In this document: positions 1-9,677 of the stretch, one piece after another | Layout: each line of letters begins with the position of its first letter | Position numbering within the stretch: position 1 is the stretch's first letter | DNA from: Acidobacteriota bacterium | Lineage (GTDB): Bacteria > Acidobacteriota > CAIWXX01 | Length of the DNA stretch: 64,000 nucleotides | Assembly (NCBI GenBank): GCA_040755995.1 | Contig: JBFMAF010000023.1 | Location: 160,001 to 224,000, forward strand | Direction of reading: 5' to 3' | Notes under the pieces: model-generated | What the model was told of the DNA's origin: nothing | What the model saw: the letters and a program-made list of their open reading frames with translations, nothing else | Database searches by the model: none | Translations under genes and position numbers: made by a program

Positions 1-107
1 ACTACTGGGAGGATACCACAAAGCCCTTCGAGGTGCCAGCCGCTATACGTCATCCTGTTTAGCGAATGAACCACTAAGGGATTTCGAATGCAGAGGTGCC
101 CTTCCTG

Positions 108-782
108 CTAGCCACGCGGCATCAGCTCCGGCGGAAACCCAACTTTGCATCGGGTTGGCGAGTACCACTCGGTGTACTCACCCCACGCAATGAAACGATT
201 GCTCAAGTCCCACTTCTTGATCAGATGCTGCTGATTGTGTTCATACCAGGGCGGGCGGGGCCCGGAGAGCTCGCGCCGGTGGATCACATCAACGCTTCCG
301 TCAATGGCGAGCAAATACCCAGCGGCAAGATGTTGCAGTAGGAAATCAGTGTCGTCACACTGTGTCCCAACATATGTTTCATCGTATCGCATTTGCGCGC
401 GCTCAAATGCCAATGCGGCACCCCAGACTTCGAAGCCCGTAACAACACGGCCATCTCGAACATAGCGATAGGGTCCCAACAGACGGCCTTTGGGATCCAT
501 TATTCGCGGAGAAACGCACCCAACTCCAGGATAGCGGTTCAGAGTGTCCAGCAGACGTTCGTCCCAGCCTGCGCGCACAAAGGAAAGATCATCATCGAGA
601 AGAATGATCCGATTGCTCGATGCAAGCTTGATGAGCCAGTTGGAGTTTGCGGCTGCCGAAATCGGATTGGGGCGGCATATGAGCTCATAATGAGTTCTCG
701 CAGTCGTCGCGATGGAAGCCAGGGTCCGTTCCGTAAACAACGTCTGTTCGTAACATCGGACCAGGATGCTGACATCGATCAT
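108..782 (-). CDS. Glycosyltransferase family 2 protein
   Basis: N-terminal VSILVRCY strand, LLDDD (DxD) motif, VGCVSPRI, and a DTDF acidic motif typical of GT-A enzymes. Confidence 0.75.
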   Translation of the reverse strand: MIDVSILVRCYEQTLFTERTLASIATTARTHYELICRPNPISAAANSNWLIKLASSNRIILLDDDLSFVRAGWDERLLDTLNRYPGVGCVSPRIMDPKGRLLGPYRYVRDGRVVTGFEVWGAALAFERAQMRYDETYVGTQCDDTDFLLQHLAAGYLLAIDGSVDVIHRRELSGPRPPWYEHNQQHLIKKWDLSNRFIAWGEYTEWYSPTRCKVGFPPELMPRG

Positions 783-1141
783 TTCGGGTTCACCGAGTCC
801 ACAGCATCGAACGAGTACGTTCTACTGTTTGCCTGTGTCTTCGCTCCATATTCATATATAAGGCCAACCGACCGTTGGCGCATGCTATCGCGGATAACGT
901 CTGCGGCTACCTCTTCGATGCTTCGATTGGCATCGACCACCCTTGCGCCCTTCTTGCGCAAGTGATCTTCCCATCGGTCTTTGAGAGCGAGTATCCATGT
1001 TCGAACCTCAGATGTGCCCCCAAAGCCACTCAGCCCGCGAGGGCTCAATCTCGTACGTAGGTAGACTTTGTCAAAGAGGGTAAGCAATTCATCCGGGAAC
1101 GTGAGATCCGATTCTTCGAGGAAGCCACGACGATCGAACAA
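779..1141 (-). pseudogene. Probable C-terminal remnant of a P-loop nucleoside/nucleotide kinase-like protein
   Basis: GARVVDANRSIEEVAADVI resembles NMP-kinase C-termini. No Walker A motif, and only a TTG start without an RBS. Confidence 0.4.
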
Positions 1142-1174
1142 ACAGGCCGCGCGGACACATGCGTTGTCATCCCT

Positions 1175-1936
1175 CTACTGGCTTCCGCACACAATTCCCT
1201 TTTGCATATCCCGACATGCTTGCTTCAGAGACTCGATGGTTCCGATGTCTCTATGATAGCCTCTATGGACGAGACCCTTCATCCGTCCAACAAGCCTTGG
1301 CACGACATCGCGCGCAATATCGCGGACAGATAGGGACGCGACCTCGCGATACGTGGCAGCGGTCATGGCATAGACACCGGCGTTTGCGAGATCACTGCTA
1401 GGAATCTCTGGTTTCTCTTCGAAATGTACAATGGTTCCTGAGCGGTCGCACCTCACGATGCCACAAGCTCGAGGGTCGGGGGCTCGAAAAAGAAGCATCG
1501 TGAAGCCGAGATGGTGGCTCCGGTGGAACTGCAAGAACTGCGAAAGGCAAATGTCGCTGAAATTGTCCGCGTAGATGACAAGAACGTCGCTGACGCCGTC
1601 GGCGAGGTCCACGTTGCGCGAAAGGGCGCCTGCAGATCCGAGCAGCTCAGGTTCATAGCTTTCGACGACACGTGGACGTACTGAAGCGCCGAGGGCTGCA
1701 ATCCTGTCTCTTATCTGATGCGCATGATGATGCGTGCACACAACGCATTTAGTCACACCCGCCCGTAACATTGCGTCGAGCCAGTATTCGAGGAGGGACT
1801 TCGCTCGAATCTTGACCAAGCACTTCGGGATCGATCGCGTCAGAGGTCGAAGGCGCATCCCCGGGCCGGCTGCCAGAAGAAGCGCATTGGAGGTCACGGT
1901 AGTGCCGCCATCACAAATAACCCTGACCCATTCCAA
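1175..1936 (-). CDS. Sugar-phosphate nucleotidyltransferase (NTP_transferase; HddC/GMPP-like)
   Basis: LLAAGPGMRLRPLT..IPKCL, EPELLGSAGAL, FEEKP, NAGVY and DIGT motifs. True start is probably slightly downstream. Confidence 0.88.
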   Translation of the reverse strand: MEWVRVICDGGTTVTSNALLLAAGPGMRLRPLTRSIPKCLVKIRAKSLLEYWLDAMLRAGVTKCVVCTHHHAHQIRDRIAALGASVRPRVVESYEPELLGSAGALSRNVDLADGVSDVLVIYADNFSDICLSQFLQFHRSHHLGFTMLLFRAPDPRACGIVRCDRSGTIVHFEEKPEIPSSDLANAGVYAMTAATYREVASLSVRDIARDVVPRLVGRMKGLVHRGYHRDIGTIESLKQACRDMQKGIVCGSQ

Positions 1937-1951
1937 TCGTCTCGATGTGTC

Positions 1952-2452
1952 TCAGAATGTGGCTTCATTCCGATGCCGGATGTACTGCGCGAGCACATGC
2001 ATCAAGCTCTGATGAATTTCCTCAACCATTCCGTAGTTGTTGATGGGAATCCAAACGCAATGGCGCGCGATCTTCTTGAGTCTTCCTCCATCGAATCCAA
2101 CAAAAGCAATTGTCGGAATTCCCATTTCGTTCGCCATCTCGCACGCCTTCACGACGTTTGGAGAGTCACCACTGGAGCTAATCAACAGAAGAGCATCTTT
2201 GGGTTTGGCATAGAAGGCGAGTTGGGTCGAGAAGGTATCAGCATATCCAACGTCATTGCCCAGCGCGGTAATCGTCGAGGTGCACGATGAAAGGGAGATG
2301 CAGCGCAGCACACCACGGACCGCTCGATCGCCGCCGTTGGATGATGGTTTCGTAAGATTGAGAGCGGCATGACTGGAGATAGCGGCACTGCCGCCATTCC
2401 CCGCAACCAGGCGATCATAGTAGCGCGAGACATACTCCTCAGAGTCCATCAT
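1952..2452 (-). CDS. gmhA: SIS-domain phosphoheptose isomerase-like protein, N-terminally shortened
   Basis: GNGGSAA, TALGND.GY, ISSSGDSPNV, GFDGG and EEIH motifs. Start placed at ATG 2452 because the longer ORF reads through a hexamer repeat. Confidence 0.75.
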   Translation of the reverse strand: MMDSEEYVSRYYDRLVAGNGGSAAISSHAALNLTKPSSNGGDRAVRGVLRCISLSSCTSTITALGNDVGYADTFSTQLAFYAKPKDALLLISSSGDSPNVVKACEMANEMGIPTIAFVGFDGGRLKKIARHCVWIPINNYGMVEEIHQSLMHVLAQYIRHRNEATF

Positions 2453-2533
2453 GGCCACACCTAACGAGGCTCCTATTCCATTTGCTGTGGGTTCACAATG
2501 GTCATACAAGAGCCAGGTGGCCCACATGCTGTG

Positions 2534-2625
2534 CGTGAACGTTGCCGTTGTCGCGGACGTGGACGTTTCCGTCGCCGTCGTCCACAACGGCGACCACTAC
2601 GGCCAGGTCAACGACCACGGTAACC
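2534..2625. repeat. Hexamer (CGTNNN)n tandem repeat in inverted arrangement
   Basis: CGTGAA CGTTGC CGTTGT CGCGGA CGTGGA CGTTTC followed by reverse-oriented units. Same family as 21734, 23812 and 40574. Confidence 0.7.
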
Positions 2626-2809
2626 GTTCCTCTGGTCTGATTGCATTTCAGTGAACTTCGCCCAGCAAGCGCCTGCTCTAGGAAACCGTGACCCCAGGGC
2701 CGCCAGGACGGAACACCTGTCCCCGAGCCCGTGGATGCCCGATGCGCGCCACCGGGGGCCTCCTTTCCGCCGCCCATCATGCGGAACTCCTGACCGGACA
2801 GCCGACATC

Positions 2810-2838
2810 TTGACGTTCTCCCTCAGCCCAGGTATCCT
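2810..2838 (+). promoter_or_regulatory. Putative sigma70 promoter of the amidohydrolase gene
   Basis: TTGACG-17 nt-TATCCT, ending 11 nt before the ATG at 2850. Confidence 0.55.
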
Positions 2839-2849
2839 GCCATCCGACC

Positions 2850-4181
2850 ATGAACAAACAAAGAGGTTCTCCTTCTTCACAGTCATTGCGGAAGCCGCTC
2901 TTCATCTTGCTGGGTCAATGGCTCGCCGTCGTCATTTTGTCGATGTGGAGCCAGACTGTCCAGGCTGACTCTCCGGTGGTGGCCATTCGTGCTGGTCGCG
3001 TCCTCGATCCAGCCGACGCCACGCTTTCTACCAACCAAGTTCTCCTTGTCGAGGAGGGCCGGATCACAGCAATAGGGCCTGGTTTGACTATTCCGCAGAA
3101 CGCCAGAGTGGTTGACTTGTCCACCCAAACCGTGTTGCCGGGTTTGATGGATGCACACACTCATCTGTGCCTCTCCGTTGATGCCAAGTGGGACCTGGGA
3201 AGCTTCTGGATTGTGGCCATCCAGCGCACGCCGGGGTTCCGTGCCATCCAGGGCGCCGCTCACGCGCGTGAGATGCTGGAGTCGGGGTTCACCACCGTGC
3301 GCGATATGGGCAACGCTGGGAACTACCTTGACATGGACTTAGAAAAGGCCATTCGATTCGGAATCGTGCCAGGCCCGACGATCATCCCCGCGGGACGGAT
3401 CATTGCTCCTTTCGGTGGTCAGTTTTGGGAGAATCCGGCTGACAAAGAGACCATCCAGAATCCCGAGTATACTGCCGCAGACACCAAGGACGAGATGATC
3501 AGAGCTGTGCGCCAGAACATCTACTTCGGCGCCAAGGTCATCAAGATTGTCGTCGACGGGCAACGCTACTGTTACTCCACCGAGGACATTCGCCAGATCG
3601 TCAAGGAGGCAGGCGGAGCAGGGCTGAAAGTGGCTGCTCACGTGCAGACCGTGCGTGGCGCACGAGCCGCGATCGAGGCCGGAGTCGCGTCGATCGAGCA
3701 TGGATGGGAGTTGACGGACCAGGACTTGGCCTTGGCAAAGCAGAAGCATGTTGTGCTTGTGAGCACGGACTTCCCGGCCAGAGTGCTCAGGGCATGCGGC
3801 GTGGACGAGAAGGACGCAGAGAGCACGCACCACCGATTTGTAGAGCGTCTGAGACGTGCGTACGCAGCTGGAGTGTCCATTGTGTTTGGCACGGATATCA
3901 TTGTGGACATCCCGGGGGAAACACGGGGCTCATTGGCGATCGAGTATGTCGACAGCTTTGTGGAGGCCGGTGTTCCTGCTGCGGAGATCCTGCGCGCGAT
4001 GACAACCCGAGCAGCAGTGCTGCTTGGTGTCGACGACGAGCGGGGAAGGATATGCAAGGGCATGGCGGCGGATCTGATCGCGGTTCCTGGGAACCCGCTG
4101 CTGGATATCCACCAGCTCCGGAACATCGTTTTCGTCATGAAAGAGGGCAGGATCGTGCGGACCGCCGACAACCGGCAGTGA
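2850..4181 (+). CDS. Secreted metal-dependent amidohydrolase (Xaa-Pro dipeptidase-like)
   Basis: Signal-peptide-like N-terminus, then PGLMDAHTH, GFTTVRDMG, VAAH, SIEHG, FGTD and ADLIAV.GNP. Confidence 0.9.
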   Translation: MNKQRGSPSSQSLRKPLFILLGQWLAVVILSMWSQTVQADSPVVAIRAGRVLDPADATLSTNQVLLVEEGRITAIGPGLTIPQNARVVDLSTQTVLPGLMDAHTHLCLSVDAKWDLGSFWIVAIQRTPGFRAIQGAAHAREMLESGFTTVRDMGNAGNYLDMDLEKAIRFGIVPGPTIIPAGRIIAPFGGQFWENPADKETIQNPEYTAADTKDEMIRAVRQNIYFGAKVIKIVVDGQRYCYSTEDIRQIVKEAGGAGLKVAAHVQTVRGARAAIEAGVASIEHGWELTDQDLALAKQKHVVLVSTDFPARVLRACGVDEKDAESTHHRFVERLRRAYAAGVSIVFGTDIIVDIPGETRGSLAIEYVDSFVEAGVPAAEILRAMTTRAAVLLGVDDERGRICKGMAADLIAVPGNPLLDIHQLRNIVFVMKEGRIVRTADNRQ

Positions 4182-4539
4182 AAGCCTGAGAAGAGGCTGG
4201 TCGGGCCCTGGGTGGGAGCCCTAACCCGAACCTCCCTGGCATGCCTAGAACCACGCGTACTTCACTCATTGCCCCACCATCATGGCCCCGATGTTCGACT
4301 CAGGCACCCGTCCGTTCGGCCGGTCCATGCTCCACCAGCCAAGCCGGACCCGCTGCCATTGAAGCCACCGCGCCGCCTGCGGGCTATGGCTCCCGCAGTA
4401 CAAGGGAGTACCAGAAGTCGTCGGTCTCTGACGTCTCCACGACGAAGGCAGCACCGTCCAGGTGCGTTCCAACTGTCAAGCGCCCAAAGACCTTTTTACA
4501 CCTCTGGCGGTCGAGCGGAACGTCGGAGGGCCATTGCTC

Positions 4540-4805
4540 TCTGTCTTGGGCAAGGATCGGGGGATAACAGAGCCCGGGCTTACGACCTTCGTCATCACTT
4601 CGCTCTGACGAACCTCAATCGATGGATAGCCTCCGGTGTCGATGTCAACTCCAGACTGCCCTATCTTTCCCGATACATGGGCCACTGCCGTATTGAGAGT
4701 ACCGACTACTACCTTCACCTCGTTCCTGAGGTCTTCCAGACATTCTCCGAGAAGCTACGGACGACGGAGGCGGTTCTGCCGGAGGTGGACGATGGGCAGC
4801 AGTAG
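4540..4805 (+). pseudogene. C-terminal fragment of a tyrosine recombinase (RIT-element middle integrase-like)
   Basis: YDLRHHFA...LPYLSRYMGH...STDYYLHL catalytic box II. The N-terminal two-thirds are absent; left boundary approximate. Confidence 0.75.
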
Positions 4806-5106
4806 TGGATCATCACAGGAACTGTGGAAGTACGTTCGTCGCTACCTCACGATGTATCTACCGAAAATCCGCGGTCTGAGTCCCAGAACCGTCGAGTCCT
4901 ACCGACAGTCTATCGCGATGTACTGCCTGTTTCTCAAGGAGGCAAGCCGGATCAGCTTCGCGAAAACCTCCTTCGATCATGTCACACGAGACTCGGTGAT
5001 GAAGTTCATCCAATCACTCCGCGAGCGAGGCTGCGAAGCTTCCACATGCAATCTGAGACTCTCCTCCCTCAAGTCCTTTCTCAAGTACTGCGCCGAACAA
5101 GTGTAG
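4792..5106 (+). pseudogene. N-terminal (core-binding) fragment of a second tyrosine recombinase
   Basis: YLPKIRGLSPRTVESYR...RGCEASTCNLRLSSLKSFLKY. Stops after 104 aa, before the catalytic domain. GGAGG RBS; overlaps the previous gene. Confidence 0.78.
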
Positions 5107-5316
5107 GTGCGGGTTGCATCGCGGACTGACAGCCGGGCAGGACAGAGACACAGCGGTCTCTCGGCGACTGCCTTCCAATCCCGCATGAGTGACGTGAGGG
5201 ATCTGACGGCGCTGCTCCGCAATTGCGGTTGATCTGGCATGCTCCGACCTTCTCCACGCCACGCGGCCACAGGACGGCACCGCTTGCATGCTGCCGCCTC
5301 GTCGGCGATAATGGCA

Positions 5317-5570
5317 ATGGTGCAGTTCGAGATTCTTGGCGAAGTCACCGATGTCGAAACTATTGCGAGGGGTAGAGGTGTTCGGCTACTCCGGCTCCTA
5401 CGAAAGAGGTATGGCGGGAGAAACTGGAGGAAGCGCAAAGGGCTTGCCAGCGTACGGCTGCCTGACCTGAGAGTCCGTCGTGCCGAGCTGCATTGGTTCG
5501 AGGCGCACGGGGTCGGTCGGCGCACGGGGTCGGTCGAAGGAAGATGAGAATCAAGCGATTCCTGGACTGA
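5317..5570 (+). pseudogene. Small basic conserved-type protein frameshifted by a 17-bp tandem duplication
   Basis: GGCGCACGGGGTCGGTC occurs at 5502-5518 and 5519-5535. Removing one copy gives ...HWFEAHGVGRRKMRIKRFLD* ending at 5570, 7 nt before the next ATG. Confidence 0.75.
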
Positions 5571-5577
5571 AGAGGCT

Positions 5578-5895
5578 ATGAGAAAACAAAGGACAGTCTC
5601 CCGTTTTGCTATCTGCATCAGCAGTGATGATCCCGACTTGCTGACGCCCCGCATGATCTATGAAGTCCTGCCTGACGATAGTGCTGCCAGATCGAACTAC
5701 ATCCGCGTCATAGACAACGAGGGCGAAGACTACCTGTATCCTGCCGATCGATTTGTGTATGTGGAGTTTCCACAGGTCGTACGGCGAGCGTTGTCGCGCG
5801 TCTCGGATCGAGGCGTACGAAGTCCATCTCCCGCGCGGAGGCGAAGAGTATCTTCGACTACACGTCAAGGCAAGACAAGACGGCGTGCTGCGTAG
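5578..5895 (+). CDS. Conserved hypothetical protein, partner of the upstream small gene
   Basis: GAGG RBS; IYEVLPD...IRVIDNEGEDYLYP motif recalled from small two-gene modules. Confidence 0.7.
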   Translation: MRKQRTVSRFAICISSDDPDLLTPRMIYEVLPDDSAARSNYIRVIDNEGEDYLYPADRFVYVEFPQVVRRALSRVSDRGVRSPSPARRRRVSSTTRQGKTRRRAA

Positions 5896-6000
5896 CGAGC
5901 CGTTGGAGCAGGCGGCCGCTGCGTACAACCGCAGGCAGTTCGGTGCCGGCAGTGGCGACTGTCAGATCCCAGGCAGGCCACCGCAGATACAGGAGGACGT

Positions 6001-6597
6001 ATGAAGACCGAATTCGTGCTGGTCGATTTTGAAAACGTTCAGCCCAAGAACGTGAGCCTGCTGAGCGGCGGCCCTTTCAAGATAAAAGTCTTCCTGGGTA
6101 CCAACCAGGCGAAGATTCCGCTGGAGATGGCTCGGGCGCTCCAGGCGTTCGGGCCAGACGCCGAGTACATCCAGATTGACGGCAGTGGAAGCAACGCTCT
6201 CGATTTCCATATCGCCTACTACATCGGCCGCCTCTCGGCCGAGGTTCCCGGAGCCCGCTTCTACGTTATATCCAAGGACACCGGATTCGATCCCTTGATC
6301 AGGCACCTGGCGGCGAAGAAGATCTCCTGCCAGCGATCGAAGTCGCTCGCCGAAATCCCGCAGGCAAGGCTACCCAAGTCCGGATCGGCCCCAGACAAGG
6401 TCGATGCTGTGATTGAAAACCTCGCGCGGCGAAAAGCGTCCAGGCCCCGGACACTCAAGACCCTCCGAAGCAGCATCAGGGCGCATTTCGCAAACCAGCT
6501 GGGGGACGCCGAGATCGACGGGCTCATCGAGCAACTGACCAGCCGGGGAGCCATAAAGGTGGCCGACGGCAAGGTGCACTACGAGCCGCAGTCATGA
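6001..6597 (+). CDS. PIN/NYN-like domain protein with C-terminal helical domain
   Basis: AGGAGG RBS; LVDFENVQ, NALDFHIAYYIG and ISKDTGFDPL acidic PIN-type motifs. Confidence 0.85.
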   Translation: MKTEFVLVDFENVQPKNVSLLSGGPFKIKVFLGTNQAKIPLEMARALQAFGPDAEYIQIDGSGSNALDFHIAYYIGRLSAEVPGARFYVISKDTGFDPLIRHLAAKKISCQRSKSLAEIPQARLPKSGSAPDKVDAVIENLARRKASRPRTLKTLRSSIRAHFANQLGDAEIDGLIEQLTSRGAIKVADGKVHYEPQS

Positions 6598-6656
6598 GTG
6601 CCGTCGCCAGCGAGGCGCAGCCTCGAGCCTGTGAGCTACCGGGAGTATCGCCTGAA

Positions 6657-7100
6657 CTACGCCGCCTCGAGCTCGGACGTACAGTGCGGGCAGCGGCTGG
6701 CCCGCACCGCTATCGCTGAGAGGCAGTAGGGGCAGTCCTTGGTTGCCGGCGGCGCCGGCGCGGGCTCCTGGGTGCGTCGGAGCCGGTTCATCTGTCTCAC
6801 CACCAGGAAGATGACGATGGCCACTACGAGGAAGTCGAGGACGGTGTTGAGGAACAGGCCGTAGTTGATCGTCGCCGCCCCGGCCTCCTTGGCCTCCGTG
6901 AGAGAGGCGTAGGACGCCCCGGAGAGGTTGAGGAAGAGATTGGAGAAATCCACCCTCCCCATCAGCAGGCCGATCGGCGGCATGATGACATCATTGACCA
7001 GCGAGGTCACGATGCGCCCGAATGCGGCGCCGATGATGATGCCGACGGCCATGTCGATCACGTTGCCCTTCATGGCGAATTCTTTGAACTCTTTCAACAT
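6657..7100 (-). CDS. mscL: Large-conductance mechanosensitive channel with C-terminal CxxC-CxxC zinc ribbon
   Basis: [41 protein letters not shown] signature; CPYC...CPHC tail. Confidence 0.97.
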   Translation of the reverse strand: MLKEFKEFAMKGNVIDMAVGIIIGAAFGRIVTSLVNDVIMPPIGLLMGRVDFSNLFLNLSGASYASLTEAKEAGAATINYGLFLNTVLDFLVVAIVIFLVVRQMNRLRRTQEPAPAPPATKDCPYCLSAIAVRASRCPHCTSELEAA

Positions 7101-7178
7101 GACTTCTCCTTTGCGCCGAATGCGGTTGACGCGAGAACGATCACCGATGCGGCCGGACCGTGTCCGGGGTTCGGGCCT

Positions 7179-9242
7179 CTACGGTTGCAGGAAGATGCGG
7201 TCGATGACGCCGCCCGCCTGAATCGTGATCTCGATGGTCTTGGTGCGACCGTCGGGCCACTTGCCGGTGACCGTGTGCCGGCCCTCGACCAGGTAGAGCG
7301 TTCCTATAGGCGCGTAGTCGCAGAGTGTGCCGTCGAGGCACACTTCGCAGTTTTCAGGCATCGTCGAAACGCCCTTGAGCGTGCCGACGCGCGGGAGCTC
7401 GATGGTCTGTGTCCTATTGCTCGACACCTGCACCGGGATAGTCAGGTTCAGCAGTATGGCCTTGTTGGTGAAGCGCAGGCGGTAGTTGCCCGGAGCGAGC
7501 TGCAGCGAGCTGCGATTCGACGCCTCCTTCAGCATGCTACTGCCGGAGTAGATCCTGTATTCATAGGTGGCCATGATCTCGATCGAGCCGGGCGCCCCCA
7601 CGGGCTCCAGCTCGACAATGAGCGGTGAGACAACGGAGGCAGGATCGATGTCCTGCACGAACGATTTGAACCCGGCGTGCTCGATCGAGAGCTTGTGGGT
7701 GGTGCCGCAGTCAAGGGAAATCGTCGCGGGGGATTGCAGAACCTTCCGTTTATCCCCGTCGAGGCTCAGCCTGGCCCCGGCGGGTGTCGTCCTTACCTCG
7801 ATCTGCACGGGGACGGGCTCCAGAACTGCCGCGATCGGAGGCGGCTCGTGGTTCCTCTGCAGCCTGACGGGAGACGAGTAGTCCTTGTAGCACGGTTTCC
7901 TGAGCGTGACGGTCTTGACTACCTCATCCGTACTGGTGAGCGGCAGCGTGGCGGGAGTTGTCGCGTTGGCAGGTGTGCCGTCGAGCAGCACCTGGGCTCC
8001 AGGCGGTTCCGACTCGATCCGGAGAGAGACCGCAATAGGAGCGCCGCCCGCCGGCCATCCCCAATCCGGATTGTACATGCGAATGATCAGGAATCCCAGA
8101 ACACCGGCCAGGACGAGCAGAAGCGCCAGCGAAATCACCTTTGAGCGCGAGGTGATTGCGACCCGGTCCGCATCCGCCGCAGGCGGTGCCACTGAGGCGC
8201 CTGGGAGGGCCGGCGCTCTGCCGGTGCCCTGCAGCGGGTACGAGGTGCTTTCCGGCAGCCTGGCGGTGACTTCGCGCGGCGGGGGCGCCTGGCTGGTGCT
8301 CAACAGCTGCGTTCGTGTGGGCACCTGGAGCAGGGCAGTGGGACTGATCGAGTCGCCCGTGGACGTCACGAGCGGAGTGAAGGACTGCGTCTCGTGCAGT
8401 ATGTGCAACCGGATTGCCGCAACGAACTCCGCCGCCCTCTGGAAGCGCTTCTCCGGATCCTTCGCCAGCGCACGCAGGAAAACCTTGTCCCAGTCCTGCA
8501 GCGTAGTTCCCAGTCGATCCAGGCCGCGCGGGCGGATCGGGTTTTCGAAGACGATCTTGTACAGAAGATTCGGTATGGTCGAGCCCTGGAAGGGCTTCTC
8601 GTTCGTGAGCAGCTCGAAGGCCATGACGGCCAGCGAGAATAGATCGCAGCGGTGGTCGACCTTGCCCTCGCTGGCCTGCTCGGGCGAGATGTAGCTCGGC
8701 GTTCCGACGAAGGTGCCGGTACGGGTGGAGGTGGAGTCCATCATCTTCGCGATGCCGAAGTCCATGACCTTCACCTTGCCGGTCTTGTCGATCATGATGT
8801 TGCCGGGCTTGATGTCGCGGTGGATGATGCCTTTCTCGTGAGCGAAATCGAGCGCACTGCCGACCTGGGCTAGGATCTCGCAGACCTGACGCTTGTCGAG
8901 TGTTGTGTCGGCAGACATGTAAGTGGCCAGGGTTTTCCCATCGATGAGCTCCATCGCCAGGAACGGCACACCCTCATGGTCGCCGAGGTCGTAGAGAGTG
9001 ACGATGTTGGGGTGAGCGAGTATGGCAGAGGCGCGCGCCTCGTGATAGAACCGCTGGCATACCTCCTGGTACTTCTCCGAGGATTTCTCGACGTCCAGCC
9101 GGATCGTCTTGATCGCCACCGGCCGATGGATGAGAGTGTCCATGGCCTTGTACACGGTGCCCATGGCGCCTTCGCCGATCTTCTCGACAATCCGGAACCG
9201 CCCGATCTGGGCGGGAATGGACGCCTCGCTGAACGTGCTCAT
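7179..9242 (-). CDS. Hanks-type Ser/Thr protein kinase with TM helix and PEGA domains
   Basis: GEGAMG, VAIK, HRDIKPGN, DFG and SPE motifs; hydrophobic TM; SEPPGAQVLLDG-type PEGA repeats. Start at MSTFSE chosen. Confidence 0.93.
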   Translation of the reverse strand: MSTFSEASIPAQIGRFRIVEKIGEGAMGTVYKAMDTLIHRPVAIKTIRLDVEKSSEKYQEVCQRFYHEARASAILAHPNIVTLYDLGDHEGVPFLAMELIDGKTLATYMSADTTLDKRQVCEILAQVGSALDFAHEKGIIHRDIKPGNIMIDKTGKVKVMDFGIAKMMDSTSTRTGTFVGTPSYISPEQASEGKVDHRCDLFSLAVMAFELLTNEKPFQGSTIPNLLYKIVFENPIRPRGLDRLGTTLQDWDKVFLRALAKDPEKRFQRAAEFVAAIRLHILHETQSFTPLVTSTGDSISPTALLQVPTRTQLLSTSQAPPPREVTARLPESTSYPLQGTGRAPALPGASVAPPAADADRVAITSRSKVISLALLLVLAGVLGFLIIRMYNPDWGWPAGGAPIAVSLRIESEPPGAQVLLDGTPANATTPATLPLTSTDEVVKTVTLRKPCYKDYSSPVRLQRNHEPPPIAAVLEPVPVQIEVRTTPAGARLSLDGDKRKVLQSPATISLDCGTTHKLSIEHAGFKSFVQDIDPASVVSPLIVELEPVGAPGSIEIMATYEYRIYSGSSMLKEASNRSSLQLAPGNYRLRFTNKAILLNLTIPVQVSSNRTQTIELPRVGTLKGVSTMPENCEVCLDGTLCDYAPIGTLYLVEGRHTVTGKWPDGRTKTIEITIQAGGVIDRIFLQP

Positions 9243-9465
9243 CGCATCGCCGGCAGAAACGGTGCATCGGTCGGTGAGGCCACTGCACTCGATCGAGGCG
9301 CGCTCGAGAGCGTCGAGGGCAATCCGAGCCCCGCTTCGCCAAAGCACCGTCCCAGAATCAATCGCGCTCCTTCATCCATGCATGGATCGATCGATGCCTC
9401 GCAGCGTGGTCACCCTACAGGGTCAACACCAGGATTATACTCAACCTCGTGCCCGCCCGGCAATT

Positions 9466-9677
9466 ATACAGCGCGACATAAGTCGCGCTGTATGCGCGTG
9501 GGGGTTCCGGGGGAGGCCTCGCGCAGAGGCCTCCCCCGGCGGGGTACGTGGGGAGGGCCCAGGCCTTGCGCGGCCGGACGGCCGCAGATGCAAGGCCTGA
9601 GGCCATCCCCGCGAATACAGCGCGTCATAGCCTGCCTCTACTCGTCGAACCTGTCGTGGACTTATGACGCGCTGTAT
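9466..9677. repeat. Cluster of inverted repeats, including two TACAGCGCG-family palindromes
   Basis: 12-bp IR at 9466-9493, 14-bp IR at 9507-9539, nested hairpin at 9561-9598, and 15-bp IR at 9615-9629/9663-9677. Confidence 0.8.

Noticed and set aside
1..63. Possible 3' end of a plus-strand gene (...YWEDTTKPFEVPAAIRHPV*)
   Set aside because: Too short to support without the upstream sequence.
2453..2587. Thr-rich N-terminal extension of the SIS protein given in the ORF track
   Set aside because: It is a translation of the hexamer repeat; the real start is more likely ATG 2452.
5880..6000. Integron attC site between the small accessory genes
   Set aside because: No convincing RYYYAAC...GTTRRRY pair with internal symmetry, and no IntI-type integrase.
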